Source: Octopus sinensis (Eukaryota). Taken from it: a stretch of 64,000 bases of DNA. The translations under genes were made by a program, and so were the position numbers. The DNA lies in the NCBI RefSeq assembly GCF_006345805.1, contig NC_043008.1:22258001-22322000 (forward strand), given 5' to 3'. Under the pieces are notes generated by a model, which did not search any database, was not told the origin of the DNA, and was given only the letters and a program-made list of their open reading frames with translations. This document shows, piece by piece, positions 25,161 through 39,156 of the stretch. How positions within the stretch are numbered: position 1 is the first letter of the stretch; each line of letters opens with the position of its first letter.

Positions 25161-25314
25161 AGATATATATGTATATGTGCATGTATACATCTACGTATTT
25201 GGATTTGTATAGAGGGTTAGGTTCTTTTGCCTTTCATATTCTTAAGGTCAATAAAGTAAGTATATGCTGAACACTGGGATCCATGTAAATGGCTTGAAAT
25301 TGCTGGCCTTGTGC

Positions 25315-25620
25315 CAAAAAGTTTGAAACCAATATTATTTCCATTGTTGCCAACACCAGAAATAACTTTCATGGTGATAAATACATCTATTTCGTTACTA
25401 CCCACAAGGGGCTAAACACAGAGAGGACAAACAAGGACAGACAAACGTATTAAGTCGTTTACATTGACCCCAGTGCGTAACTGGTACTTAATTTATCGAC
25501 CCCGAAAGGATGAAAGGGAAAGTCGACCTCGGCGGAATTTGAACTCAGAACGTAACGGCAGATAAAATACAGCTACGCATTTCGCCTGGCGTGCTAACGT
25601 TTCTACCAGCTCGCCGCCTT
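25315..25620 (-). mobile_element. OK-type SINE
   Basis: Reverse complement of GGCGGCGAGCTGGTAGAAACGTTAGC head and body. Confidence 0.85.
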
Positions 25621-26238
25621 GATAAATACATCCGTTTCGGAAATCAAGAGTTAACTAACATATTTACTTGACTGAGCATGGAAAGAAAGGAAGGGACACA
25701 ACTCCTGACGTGACGAAATTTATTGTAATAAATCGAAGATCAAGCTTCTTAGTTTTCCAGAGAAAGAAAGAAGTCTGATGGAAGTTAATAAACAATTTGA
25801 GTCATTAATTTTCTAGGTCAAAGTGATTATGGCTTAAGTTCCTCCTTTAGGCTGTAAATCACCAACTGAGACAAGACAGTAGCCATCACTACAATCTGTG
25901 ATCCAAAACCCTTGTGGCAATATCTATGCGGCTACTTCAATTGAAATGCTTCTAAATTAACAAGAATACTTTGGTATTCTGTTCATTGCCAATTAAATTT
26001 GTAATACTTGAATGCTACTTCTACACTATGATTATATTTCTCATTCATTCACGTGAATTTCTCTATTACCATATGTGACACTCGATATAATCCAGTTGTT
26101 GGGACTGGGTGTGTTGGAAATTAATACAACAACGCTCACTATATCAAGGCAATTATATCCACTGAAATTAATTGTGGTACCATTGATTTAATGGCAGATA
26201 CAGGTAGAGCAAAAAGTAAAAAAAGCAACCTCTCTCAT

Positions 26239-26269
<31 letters not shown>

Positions 26270-26927
26270 CACGCACACACACACACTCCTTTACAGACTG
26301 CCGTTACGTTCTGAGTTCAAATTCCACCAAGGTCGACTTTGCCTTTCGTCCTTTCAGGGTCGATTAAATAAGTACCAGTTACGTACTGGGGGACCATATA
26401 ATAGACTTAATCCGTTTGTCTGTCCTTGTTTGTCCTCTCTGTGTTTAGCCCCTTGTGGGCAGTAAAGAAATAGGTATATATATATTATATATATATATAT
26501 ATAAGTATATCTTTTTTATTCTTTTATTCTTTAATTTGTTTCCATCATCTAACTGCTGCCATGCTGGAGCACCACCTTTCGTCAAAGAAATCAACCCCAG
26601 GATTTATTCTTTGTAAACCTAGTACTTATTCTATTGGTCTCCTATGCCGAACTGCTATGTTATGGGGACATAAACACACCGACATCAGTTGTCAAGCGAT
26701 GGTGGAGGTGGTGGGGACAAACACTAACACTCACACAAACACACATACACACACACACACACATATAATATGGGCTTCTTTTAGTTTCCATCTACCAAAT
26801 CCACTCACAAAGCTTTGGGCGGCCCGAGGCTATAGTAGAAGACACTTGCCCAAGGTGCCACGCAATGGGACTGAACCCAGAACCATAAGGCTGGTAAGCA
26901 AGCTATTTACCACACAGCCACTCCTCA

Positions 26928-26969
<42 letters not shown>

Positions 26970-27350
26970 CACACACACACAAGGTATTCAAAGTTTTCCT
27001 GTTGTTCAGCAGTGGTGATCTGGTAGTACTGTTAGCATGCTAGATAAAATGGTTAGTGGCATTTTCTTCGTCTTCATGTTCTGAGTTCAAATTCCGTCTA
27101 GGTCAACCTTGCCTTTTATCCTTTCAGGGCCGATAAAATAAGTACCAGTTGAATACTGGGGGGGGGGGTCGATGTAATTGACTTAACCCCACCCTCAAAA
27201 TTGCTGGCCTTGTGCCAAAACATGAAAGCAAGGCAGTGAACTCTTGTCCCTCTTCACATTCTGAGTTCAAATTCTGCCGAGGTTGACTTTCAGCTCTTGT
27301 GTCTATTGTAGGAAGGATTACTATTGCTGTTGTTGCTGTTGCTGTTGTCC

Positions 27351-27355
27351 TTATT

Positions 27356-27388
<33 letters not shown>

Positions 27389-27729
27389 CTTCTTCTTCTT
27401 CTTCTTCTTCTTCTTCTTCTTCTTCTTTTCTTTTTCTTTTCCAATTTCTTCTTCTTCTTTTCTTCTTCCTCTCCACTTCTTCCTCTTCTTCTTTCTCTCC
27501 TTCTTCTTCTTCTTTTCCTTCTTCCTCTCCAATTCTTTTTCCTCCTCTTCCTCTTCCACTTCTTCCCTCTTCTTCTTCTTCCTCTTCTTTTTCTTCTTCC
27601 TCTTCTTTTTCTTTTTCCTCTTAATTTTCTTCTTCTTCTTCCTCTTCTTCTTCTACTTCTTCTTCTTCTTCTTCCACTTCTTCTTCTTCTTCTTCTTTTC
27701 CTTCCTCTTCTTCTTCTTCTTCTTCTTCC

Positions 27730-27760
<31 letters not shown>

Positions 27761-27915
27761 TTCCTTCTTCTCTTCTTCTTCTTCTTCTTCTTCTTCTTCT
27801 TCTTCTGCCTCCTACTCTTCTTCTTCAACTTCAACTTCTACTTCTTCCTCTTGCACTTCTTCTTCTTCTTCTGCTTCTTCTTCTTCTTCTTCTTCTTCTT
27901 CTTCTTGCTCTCGCT
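27351..27915. repeat. (GTT)n followed by a long (CTT)n polypyrimidine tract
   Basis: About 530 bp almost purely C/T on the + strand. Confidence 0.95.
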
Positions 27916-28524
27916 ATTTATGTATTCATCTGTTTTGCTAATTTATTTGTTTATCTCTCAGCTTATTTATTTATTTATTTATTTATTTATATTTCAGTTG
28001 TTTTTTTTTTCTTCTATAAAAACTATCTGCACATGACTGTTGAAGCTTATCATAGTTTATGAAGCATTAATCAGGGTCAAAATACATCAATCACCACCAT
28101 CACCACCACCACCACCCCACCCCCACCACCACCCCCATCCCTATTTTTTCACAACTCCTCCTTGTCTGAAGGTGGAGTTGTGATGACATTGATTTATTGT
28201 CGGTCATCTATTTTTTTCGTTTTTCGTTTTTTTTGTTTACTCTCTGTGGAACAATTTTCATCTCAACACTACATCATTCCACCATCACAAAATTCTTTGT
28301 TGTTTATAACACTTAACTCTACATGTAAGTTGTGTCTATTTAAAGCCAGGTAGCCTGAGTAATCGAGGTATTAGCTATTCTTTTCGTTTTGAAATTCGGC
28401 TTTCCACTAGGGTCTACTTTGTCTTTCATCCCCTTTTTTGGGGTCAGTACAATAAGTACCAGTTGGTCCCTGGGGTTAATGTAATCAACTAGCTCCCTCA
28501 TCACCATCATCATCAACGTCATCG

Positions 28525-28558
<34 letters not shown>

Positions 28559-28779
28559 TTTCATCATCGTCATCATCGTCGTCGTCGTCGTCATCATCAT
28601 CATCATCGTCGTCATCATCATCATCATCATCATCATCATCGTCGTCATCATCATCATCATCGTCATCATCATCATCGTCATCATCATCACTTTCATCATC
28701 ATCGTCGTCATCGTCATCACCATCGTCGTCGTCGTCATCATCATCCTCATCATCATCATAGTCGTCATCATCATCATCA

Positions 28780-29790
28780 TCATCATTTAACGTCCGTTTT
28801 TCTATGCTGGCATGGGTTGGATGGTTTGACTGAAAACCGGCAAGCTGGGGGTAGTGGAGCAGCGGACGGGATGCTTAAGGTTCCAATCTGATTTGGTATG
28901 GTATCTAGAGATGGATGCCCTTCCTTACGCCAACCACTCCAAGCATGTTGTGGGTGCTTTTTTATGTGCCACCATCATGGGTGCCAGTTACAAAAACACA
29001 CCGCCCATAAATTTGAGGCTTTGGGTCTATAATAAAAAGTTAGCATGCTGGACAAAATGATTTGTGGCATTTTTTTCAGCTTTACATTCTGAGTTCAAAT
29101 GCTGGCTTTACTACTCGTCCTTTCAGGGTCCGTAAAATAAGTACCACTTGGACTTGGGGTGGTTGGGGGTCAATGTAATCAACTGCCTCCTCCTTTAAAA
29201 TTGTGGAGATCCTGACAAAATTTGTAGTCATTAAATCATATCATCATCATCGTCGTCATCGTCATCATCATCGTCGTCGTCGTCATCATCATCCTCATCA
29301 TCATCATAGTCGTCATCATCATCATCATCATCATTTAACGTCCGTTTTTCTATGCTGGCATGGGTTGGATGGTTTGACTGAAAACCGGCAAGCTGGGGGT
29401 AGTGGAGCAGCGGACGGGATGCTTAAGGTTCCAATCTGATTTGGTATGGTATCTACAGATGGATGCCCTTCCTTACGCCAACCACTCCAAGCATGTTGTG
29501 GGTGCTTTTTTATGTGCCACCATCATGGGTGCCAGTTACAAAAACACCCCGCCCATAAATTTGAGGCTTTGGGTCTATAATAAAAAGTTAGCATGCAGGA
29601 CAAAATGATTTGTGGCATTTTTTTCAGCTTTACATTCTGAGTTCAAATGCTGGCTTTACTACTCGTCCTTTCAGGGTCCGTAAAATAAGTACCACTTGGA
29701 CTTGGGGTGGTTGGGGGTCAATGTAATCAACTGCCTCCTCCTTTAAAATTGTGGAGATCCTGACAAAATTTGTAGTCATTAAATCATCAT
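28780..29790. repeat. Tandem duplication, period 548 bp, ~99% identical
   Basis: Twin ORF starts at 28854 and 29402; three substitutions seen in ~450 bp of non-microsatellite sequence. Confidence 0.92.
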
Positions 29791-30015
29791 CATCATCATC
29801 ATCTATTTTCCATGCTGGCATGGGTCAGACGGTTTGAGTGAGGTTTGGAAAGCCAGAGGCTGAACCAGGCTCCAATCTGATCTGGTAATGTTTCTACAGC
29901 TGGATGCCCTTCCTAATGCCAACCACTCTGAGAGTGTATTGGGTGCTTTTTACATGACACCAGCACAAGAGCCAGTCAGGCAACCCTAGTATCAATCAGT
30001 ATTATTATTATTATC

Positions 30016-30080
<65 letters not shown>

Positions 30081-30360
30081 GGTGATGAGCTGGCAGAATT
30101 ATAAGTATACTGGGTGAAATGCATGGTTGGCATTTTGTTGATCATGTTCTGAGTTCAAATTCCACTGAGGGTGACTATGCCTTTCATCCTTTCAGGGTCA
30201 GTGAAATAAGTACCAGTTATGTGCTGTGGTCGATGTAATCAACTAGCCCCTCCCGACAAAATTTCAGGGCTTGTGCCTATAGTAAAAAGCATTATTCTTA
30301 CTATTATCATTATTCCTATTATTATTGTTGTTGTTGTTGTTGTTGCGTCTGTTGTTGTTG

Positions 30361-30407
<47 letters not shown>

Positions 30408-31089
30408 TATTATTATTATCATTATTAAGGGTGGAGGATTGCCAAACTTGTTAGGGCATCAGAAAGAAAATCGAGGTATATCTTCTAGTGTGCTTTACAT
30501 ACTGAGTTCAAATCCCACCAAGGTGAATTTTGCCTTTTGTCCTTTAGGGGTCACTGGAATAAAATACCACTCAAACACTGGGGGTTGATGTAACTCACTA
30601 ACCCCACTCCCCCAAAACTGCTGCTCTTGCACCAAAATTTCAAGCCATCATCATCATCATAACCATCATCACCATTATTATTATTATTATTATTTCATCA
30701 TCATCATCATCATCATCATCATTATCATCATTATTATTTTCATCACCATCACCATCATCATCGTCATCATCAATGGAAAGAGCTGGTAGAGCCATTAGAG
30801 TGACTAAAAAAATTTTGTGGCCTTTTTTACATTCTGAATAGAAATCAAGCTAAGGTCATCCTTCCACAGTTTGATAAAATAAAGTACCAGTCATGCACTG
30901 GGGCTGATGGTATCAACAAATCCCCCTCTCCTCAAAATTACTAACCTTGTCTCTATATCAGAAAATATTTGTTGCTGTTGCTGTTGCTTATGTTGTTGTT
31001 TTTGTTGTTGTTATTGTTGCTGTTTTTGTTGCTGCTGCTGCTGCTGTTGCTGTTGAGTAAACGGTCTTCGTCCCAGAGCTCACAAGATA

Positions 31090-31425
31090 GGAGAAGTCCG
31101 AAACGTGGTCCTTTGCTATTCGTAAGACCCGCAGAAGAGAAAGCAGGTCAAACCCCGACACTGAGAGCATCGACGGATTGATGAATGCGCATCCAGGCTC
31201 AGCGGTTGCGTAGGAAGTCGGGGACAAGAAACAGGAAGAAAGAGTGAGAGAAAGTTGGAGTGAAAGAGTACAACAGGGGTCGCCACCCCCCACCCACCCT
31301 GCTGGAGCCGCGTGGAGCTTTAGGTGTTTTCGCTCAATAAACACACACAACGCCCGGCCTGGGAATCGAAACCGCGATCCTCCGACCACGAGTCCGCTGC
31401 CCTAACCACTGGGCCATTGCGCATC
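31090..31425 (-). mobile_element. tRNA(Arg-like)-derived SINE
   Basis: Minus-strand head GGCCCAGTGGTTAGGGCAGCGGACTCGTGGTCGG..GGTTTCGATTCCC, then GAGCGAAAACACCTAAAGCTCCACGCGGCTCC; related + copy at 40404. Confidence 0.85.
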
Positions 31426-31619
31426 CACTGCTGTTTTTGTTGTCATTGTTGTTATTGCTGCTGTTTTTGTTGCTATTATTGCTGCTGCTACTGCTGTTAT
31501 TATTGTTGTTGTTGTTTTTTGCTGTTGTTCTTGTTATTGTTGTTGTCATCGTCATTCATGTCCATGTTGTTATTGTTATACACAGTCAGCTTTGTCCTTC
31601 TTACATCATAAAGCATTAA

Positions 31620-31960
31620 ATACAAACCTGGAAAACAAACTTTAAAATGCCGAAGACCAACAAATGCTACGTCTGAATGCTGTAACAATATTTACAGATA
31701 GTCATTCAGCTATTTTTCTGGAGCATCACATTGTATATCCTTTTGTCAGTGTCTTTACAGAAATGGTTGTGTATCATTCCTCTTGTACTAATTACAAACT
31801 GGATGATTGACACATTCTTTAACTTCCAAAATGGTTTTAATTCAGCAGCTAAGCCAGTGTAATTCCTTGGTTTCGCTGCTCGGTTCTGCACAACGTTAAA
31901 ATCATTTCATGTTACTATGTGGATTCTTAATACGCTCTTGTCATTTATACCATGGAATAA
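31620..31960 (-). mobile_element. Degenerate R4/Dong-like 3' fragment (endonuclease C-terminus)
   Basis: RNYTGLAAELKPFWKLKNVSIIQFVISTRG resembles KYKDLEIEVTRMWNLKTETIPIIVDALG in the 1077-5057 element; an AAC/AAT-rich tract follows 3' of it. Confidence 0.6.
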
Positions 31961-32083
31961 AACTATTAATTATTTCTTGCAATGATAAGAACCAAATGGA
32001 TGGAGAAGAGAATTTTAAGACCGTCATAGAAGGAGAAAAAAAAACATGAGAAGGAAAGGAGTATGAGCCAAAAAAGAAGATAT

Positions 32084-32763
32084 TGAGGGCACAGGATGAA
32101 GGCACAGGACGAGGGTACAGGATGAGGGCACAGGATGAAGGCACAGGACGAGGGCACAGGATGAGGGCACAGGATGAAGGCACAGGATGAAGGCACAGGA
32201 CGAAGGTGAAGGATGAGGGCAGAGGATGAAGGCACAGGACGAGGGTGAAGGATGAGGGCAGAGGATGAAGGCACAGGACAATGGCACAGGATGAGAGCAC
32301 AGGATGAAGGCACAGGATGAGGGCACAGGATGAGGGCACAGGATGAAGGCACAGGACGAGGGCAAAGGATGAAGGCACAACACAAGGGCACAGGATGAAG
32401 GTACAGGACAACAGCACAGGATGAGGGTACAGGATGAAGGCACAAGACAAGGGCAACAGATGAGGGCACAGGATGAAGGTACAGGACAAGGGCACAGGAT
32501 GAAGGTACAGGACAAGGGCACAGGATGAGGGCACAGAATGAAGGCACAAGACAAGGGCACAGGATGAAGGTACAGGACAGCAGCACAGGATGAGGGTACA
32601 GGATGAAGGCACAAGTCGAGGGCAACAGATGAGAGCACAGGATGAAGGTACAGGTCAAGGGCACAGGATGAGGGCACAGGATGAAGGCACAGGATGAGGG
32701 TGAAGGATGAGGGCAGAGGATGAAGGCACAGGACGAGGGAACAGGATGAGGACACAGGATGAG
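32084..32763. repeat. 13-bp minisatellite (GGCACAGGATGA[A/G]), about 52 units, with higher-order periods
   Basis: Variant units recur at 39-bp (32206/32245) and 169-bp (32412/32581, 32451/32620) spacing. Confidence 0.93.
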
Positions 32764-32988
32764 AGGCTGTCTCTATAGGAGCAGTGTTTCACATTAATTT
32801 GAGGGGGAAATTATGAACTGGCTAACCCTTTAATTTTAAACTGGCCATATCTGGTCCAAATATTCTACTTGTTTTATGTTCAAACCAGTCAGATCTGGCT
32901 TCTCACACCAACCCTCCAATGTCATTCTAAAAATAAACAATCACATCATTGTGTGCTTGTGTGACACCAACACATATAACACCTCTGA

Positions 32989-33029
<41 letters not shown>

Positions 33030-33779
33030 TCTCTCTCTCACTCTCTATCTATCTATCTATCTCTGCCTCTCACTCTCCATTTCTCTCCTCCTCCTCTCTC
33101 ACTCTCCCTCTATCTATTTATCTATATCTATCTATATATATATATCTGCCTCACTCTCTCTCCATATCTTTCGCCCTCTTTCTCTCCTTTTCTCTCTCTC
33201 CCTTTCTCTCTCTCTATCTATCTCTCTTTCTCTCTCTCTGACACACCACACATTCACACGCACACTCAAACACACAGAAACTCTCATATACACACAGTCT
33301 CACATACATATTCTCTCATATGCACACTCATATATGCACACTTTCATAAACATATGCACACACTCAGTCAGACAAACACACACACATACATTCATATACA
33401 TACTCAAACACACAAACACACATGCACTCTTACACACATGCACATACCATCATACCCACACACATACACACATACATGCACAATCCCTCACACAAACTCA
33501 CTCACATAGACACACACTCACATACACACACACTTATACACACAAACACAGTCATACACACAAACGCACACACTCACATGCACACTCTCACATACCCAAA
33601 CACTCACACACACACATGCACACACTCACATACACTCACATACCCACACACTCACACCCTCACACACACAAGCACTCACATATCCACACACTTATACACA
33701 CACTCGCTTACACACACAGTCACACACACACACACACACACACAGACATACACTTAAATCATAAATAATTCCCTTTCAA

Positions 33780-34725
33780 GCAAAAAGAAAACCTGAAGAA
33801 CAAACTACCACCACAACCACCACCAACACTATCATGACAACTACCACTACCACCTTAACCACCAATACCACTACCACTGTCAACACCACCATCGCCACTA
33901 CCACTACTGCCACCACCACCACAGCCACAACCACCACCAACACAATCACAATGACTACCACTTAAGCCACTGTTACCATTACCACCACTATCACCTCTGC
34001 CACTACCACTACCCCAAAACCACCGATGGCATTACCAGCACCATCCCCACAACTACCACCAACACCACCACCACCACAACTACAACCACCAGGAACACAA
34101 TACTGTTGACCACCACTACCACCAGCATTACCAGCATTCCCTCACCACTACACCACAACTACAACCACCAGGAACACAATAATGTTGACCACTGCAACCA
34201 CCAACACCACCACAACCACCACCACTGTCACCACAACAACAACAACAACAACACCACTACCACCACAACCATGATGTTACCACTACCACCAAAAACATCA
34301 ATATCATTACCACCACCACAACCACCACACCCACCACCACCACTGTCACAACTACCAACACCACCACTACCACCAAAAACATCAATACCATTACCACCAC
34401 CAACACCACCACAATCACCACCACCATCAACAACACTAGCACCACCATCACTATACCCACCACCAACACTAGCACCACCACTACCACCACCACCACCATC
34501 ATCACCACTATCACCACAACCATGGCCACCACCACAACTACCACCAACACTTTCAAAATGACAACCATTACCACTGCCACCACCACCATCACCACCACCA
34601 CCATTACCACCACCATCACTGATGCTACAACCACTGACACCACCTACCTCCTCCACCAGCAACCATCACTGATATCACCACCAACACCACTAACACCTCC
34701 AGCAGCAACAACAACAGCAACGTTG
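33780..34725. repeat. Degenerate (ACC)n/(AAC)n low-complexity tract
   Basis: Read directly from the sequence. Confidence 0.9.
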
Positions 34726-35103
34726 ATATATTTACTAAGAATTAAAATTTAGAAGTACAACATTTTGTTTTTTTCCCCCTCCAAAGTAAACGAAAGATTA
34801 AATTTATCCATAAATGTCTAAATCTGTGAGTTGTGCCATGAATATATGACCACCAACGGAGATGGTATTGCATGGCACTAAATACGGAGAGGAATCAACT
34901 GACAGAAATAAACTTTATCTGTTGCTAAGGTAACCAGTAAAAACAAAAGGAAAAAATATAAAGAGAATTATTTTAAGAGCAGAAATACATTTTTTTTTTA
35001 AATATCACAGTAAAAAAAAAATCAAGAAAATTTGAAACTAATGCAAATATGAAATAAATATTATCAAATTTATTGATTAAACACACACACACACACACAA
35101 ACA

Positions 35104-35140
<37 letters not shown>

Positions 35141-35872
35141 GACATACATATGCACACACACACATAAACACATAAGACATACACACACACACATAAAATA
35201 TACACACACACACACATAAGGCACACACACACATGCACATAAAACATACATACACACAAGACATACGCGCAGACATAAGACACAAACACACACACAAGAC
35301 ATACACATACACACACACATAATACACTTTCACAAATATCCACATAAATACTTGTGCACACGTACACACATGCACATCACTCACAGACATACACACACAT
35401 GCACACACACGCACACACACACACGCACACACAAACACAGTCATACACTTACTCACTGGCGCACACACAAATATACACACTGACATTGACACACTCACAT
35501 ATACACACACACACACACAGACACACATACTCACAGACATACACACCCACACACACACACACTCATACACCACACACACATCAGGTCATTTGTTCATTTA
35601 GCATCCTTTTTTTTCTTTCTTTTATGAATTATCTGGAGATATAGTTAAGGAAGGAGTGTACAGCCAGATGCTCTTCCTGTCACAGACCCTTACATGTTTT
35701 AAGGATTCTTTTTTTATTATTGGGATCTTCAAAAGTACACACAAACCAATCATAAATGTCCACAGGAAATGCAAACATTTATGCACATCACACACACATA
35801 CACACACATTTACATATGATATATATATATGTGTGTGTATGTGTATGTATGTATATATATATATATATATAT

Positions 35873-36176
35873 AAAGGAAATGAAGAAAATGCTGACAAAA
35901 TAATTTAAGTAATTTAAGTAATTTAATTAGGTGAAAGTTCTTTTTACCGGTTGCGCATTTGTTATGCTTATCAAAAAGAGAGATAGAGTTCCTTTCTGAT
36001 AGATTTTTTCCTCTTATCTGGAATAAGAGGAATAAGAGGAAAAAATCTATCAGAAAGGAACTCTATCTCTCTTTTTGATAAGCATAACAAATGTGCAACC
36101 GGTAAAAAGAACTTTCACCTAATTAAATTACTTAAATTACTTAAATTATTTTGTCAGCATTTTCTTCATTTCCTTT
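35873..36176. repeat. Long near-perfect palindrome, 145-bp arms (35873-36017 and 36032-36176), 14-nt spacer
   Basis: One mismatch found (GCGC vs GTGC); both ends adjoin TA-rich runs. Confidence 0.95.
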
Positions 36177-36372
36177 TTTATATATCACAACTCGTGTTCC
36201 ACATCTCCTTTTTTAAATATATATATATATATACGTATGTATGTATATCTGTATGTATATATGTATGTAATATGTATATATATATGTATGTATGTATATA
36301 TGTATGTATGTATATATGTATGTATGTATACATGTATATCTGTATGTATGTATGTATGTATGTATATGTATG

Positions 36373-36406
<34 letters not shown>

Positions 36407-37462
36407 TGTATGTATGTATGTATGTATGTATGTATGTATGTATACATGTATGTATGTATATGTATGTATATATGTAAGTAGGTATGTATATAGGCACAGG
36501 AGTGGCTGTGTGGTAAGAAGTTTTCATTTCGTCTATATGGTTCTGGGTTCAATCTCAATGCATGGCACCTTGAAAAAGTATATTCTATTGTAGCCTCCAG
36601 CCAAACAAAGCTTTCTGAGTAGAATTGAGAAAGAAACTGAAAGAAGCCCTTCGAATACATTTAAGTCATGGACTGGCAGTGTGATTAGCCTCTGATTTAG
36701 TTCGGGTGCATGATGGTGAAACATCGATGTTCATCACTCCTGAATGGGATTTAAGGTGAGTTGTCTCACCTTTCCATGACTTTCAGGTGTTTTAACACTG
36801 CCTCATTGAGGGGGTCATCTTCACCATACCAAATTGCAGCCAACAGGCAAACAAGCCAATTGTGTATGTGAAGTATGTGTGGTCGATAATGTGTGTGAGT
36901 GTGTGTGTTTATGTTTGTCCCTCATCACTGCTTGACAACTGGTGTTCATGCATTTACATCACCCATAACTTAGCAGTACAGCAAAAGAGACCAATGGAAT
37001 AAGCACCAGGTTTTTAAAACAGTTAGTGCCCCAGCATGGCCACAGTCTAATGACTGAAACATGTAATAAAAAATTTTTAAATAGATAAAGATATATATAT
37101 ATATATGTTCTTTTACTTGTTTTAATCATTGGACAGCAGCCATGCTGGGGCATCAAGCTTATTCTTTTGAACTTTGGTACTTATTCTATTGGTCTCTTTT
37201 GCTGAACTGTTAGGTTGCACTGATGTAAACAAACCAGCCCCAGTTGTCAAGGGGTGATAGAAGAACAAACACACACACACACAAACACACACATTTATAT
37301 GAGGGTGCTTCCACTCAGTTTTCGTCTACCAAATTCACTCACAAGACATTGGTTGGCCTAGGGCTATAGTGGAAGACACTTGTCCAAGATGCCAAGTTGT
37401 GGCATCATCATCATCATCTTCTTCATCATCATCATCATCATCATCATCTTCTTCATCATCAC

Positions 37463-37495
<33 letters not shown>

Positions 37496-37504
37496 TTCAT
37501 CATC

Positions 37505-37555
<51 letters not shown>

Positions 37556-38574
37556 GTCATCATCATCATCATCACCATCTTGATCATCATCTTCATCTTT
37601 GTCTTTATCACCATCTTCATCATTTCATCATCATCATCATCTTCATCATCATCATCATCATCATCGTCATCACCATCATGATCATCATCTTCATCTTCGT
37701 CTTCATTATCCTCATTTTCATCATCATCATCATCATCATCATCGTCTTTATTGTTTTAACATCCAATTTTTCATGAATAATTTCTGATGAACTTCATCAA
37801 GGTGGATATCCTATGACCTGTATCCCCATTTGCCAACCCCCACCCCTGTTTCCAAGTGAGGTAAAATTTTCCCATGAGTTTTTTTTTTTTTAAAAACCTT
37901 AGCAGCAAAATGGCTTAACAGGATTTTATGAAAGATTGCAAATGAACTGCATTGCCTGCTTGACAATAACATTCATTTACAACTTGCAGTCTGATGTCAT
38001 GACAAGCAGAACAAGAATACGCATTCATGCACACACACACATATACACATACACACGTGCACATACACACATATACACACACAAACGTACACATGCATGC
38101 AGACACATACACACATGTATATAGGCACACACATATACACAGACACACACGTATGCATACAGACACACACACATGTGCATACAACCTCACACTCTCACAC
38201 ACGTGCACATACAGATATGCATACAGAAATGCACATTCATATGTATACAGAAATGCACACACAGACACGTGCACATACACACGTGCATGTACACATTGAA
38301 AAGTATAAAGTGTACATACCAATCATATCCATTCAGCCACTGGATATACTAAATGTACAAAGCCTTGATGCATTTTCTACTCTCAATAGTTACATGCAGT
38401 GAAACATAACAACATTAACTTTTGGATTATTTTTCTTCCCTAGACTTGTGTGCTACAAATGAGATCCTCCAAAATTCTAAGTCTTCCTGTTTTGCCTTTA
38501 TTCAAACAATACCCACAATTCAATAAAGAAAATAAATTTACACAAAAATACAAACCACATGTCAAATAACATCA

Positions 38575-38900
38575 AAGCTTGGCTTTCAGCTGAGGTGGGG
38601 AAGGACAATGCTGATACATGCCTGCAATGTCCTGGATCCTCCACCACTCCATATTAGCCCCAGTGTATGGAGTTTGTCAATTCCTTCATCTACCTTGGGT
38701 CCACAGACATCAACAGTGGAGATCTGATCCAGGAGATTAACAGCAGATGTGGTCAGGCCACCACTTCCTATGGAAACCCCTTTGGTATCACTGCTTTATC
38801 TCTCAGAAAATGAAGCTCTACATCAGCAATGTTTCAGTTCTCTCCATTCTCCTCTATGGAACAGAAATATAGCTCCTCATGAAGACCCTAGCAAATGGGA
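38575..38900 (+). mobile_element. RTE-clade LINE RT C-terminal remnant
   Basis: EFVNSFIYLGS..QEINSRCGQA..KLYISNVSVLSILLYGTEI resembles FxYLGS..RIxKA..VLSVLLYGSETW. Confidence 0.7.
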
Positions 38901-39156
38901 TATATATGCACATACATATAGACAGGTAGATAGACAGATAGATATACAGAGAGATAATATGCACACACACATATATGTATATATATGTGTGTGTGTGTGT
39001 GTGGATTAAAGTATATATATATATGTATATATATATATATACATATATACTTTAATCCATAGCTTAAAAGCTGGCTAGGTGGTCTGTGCTGTCAAGTGTT
39101 AAGTACCATGAGTGTGGATACACTAATGTGGTAATAATAATAATAATAATAATAAT

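Noticed and set aside
31095-31120. Hammerhead-like GGA-GAAG-TCC-GAAAC-GTG-GTC
   Set aside because: No CUGANGA box upstream and no helix I partner.
31941-32755. Three 220-240-aa Cys/Pro-rich ORFs
   Set aside because: Artefact of a 13-bp tandem repeat lacking stops on the minus strand.
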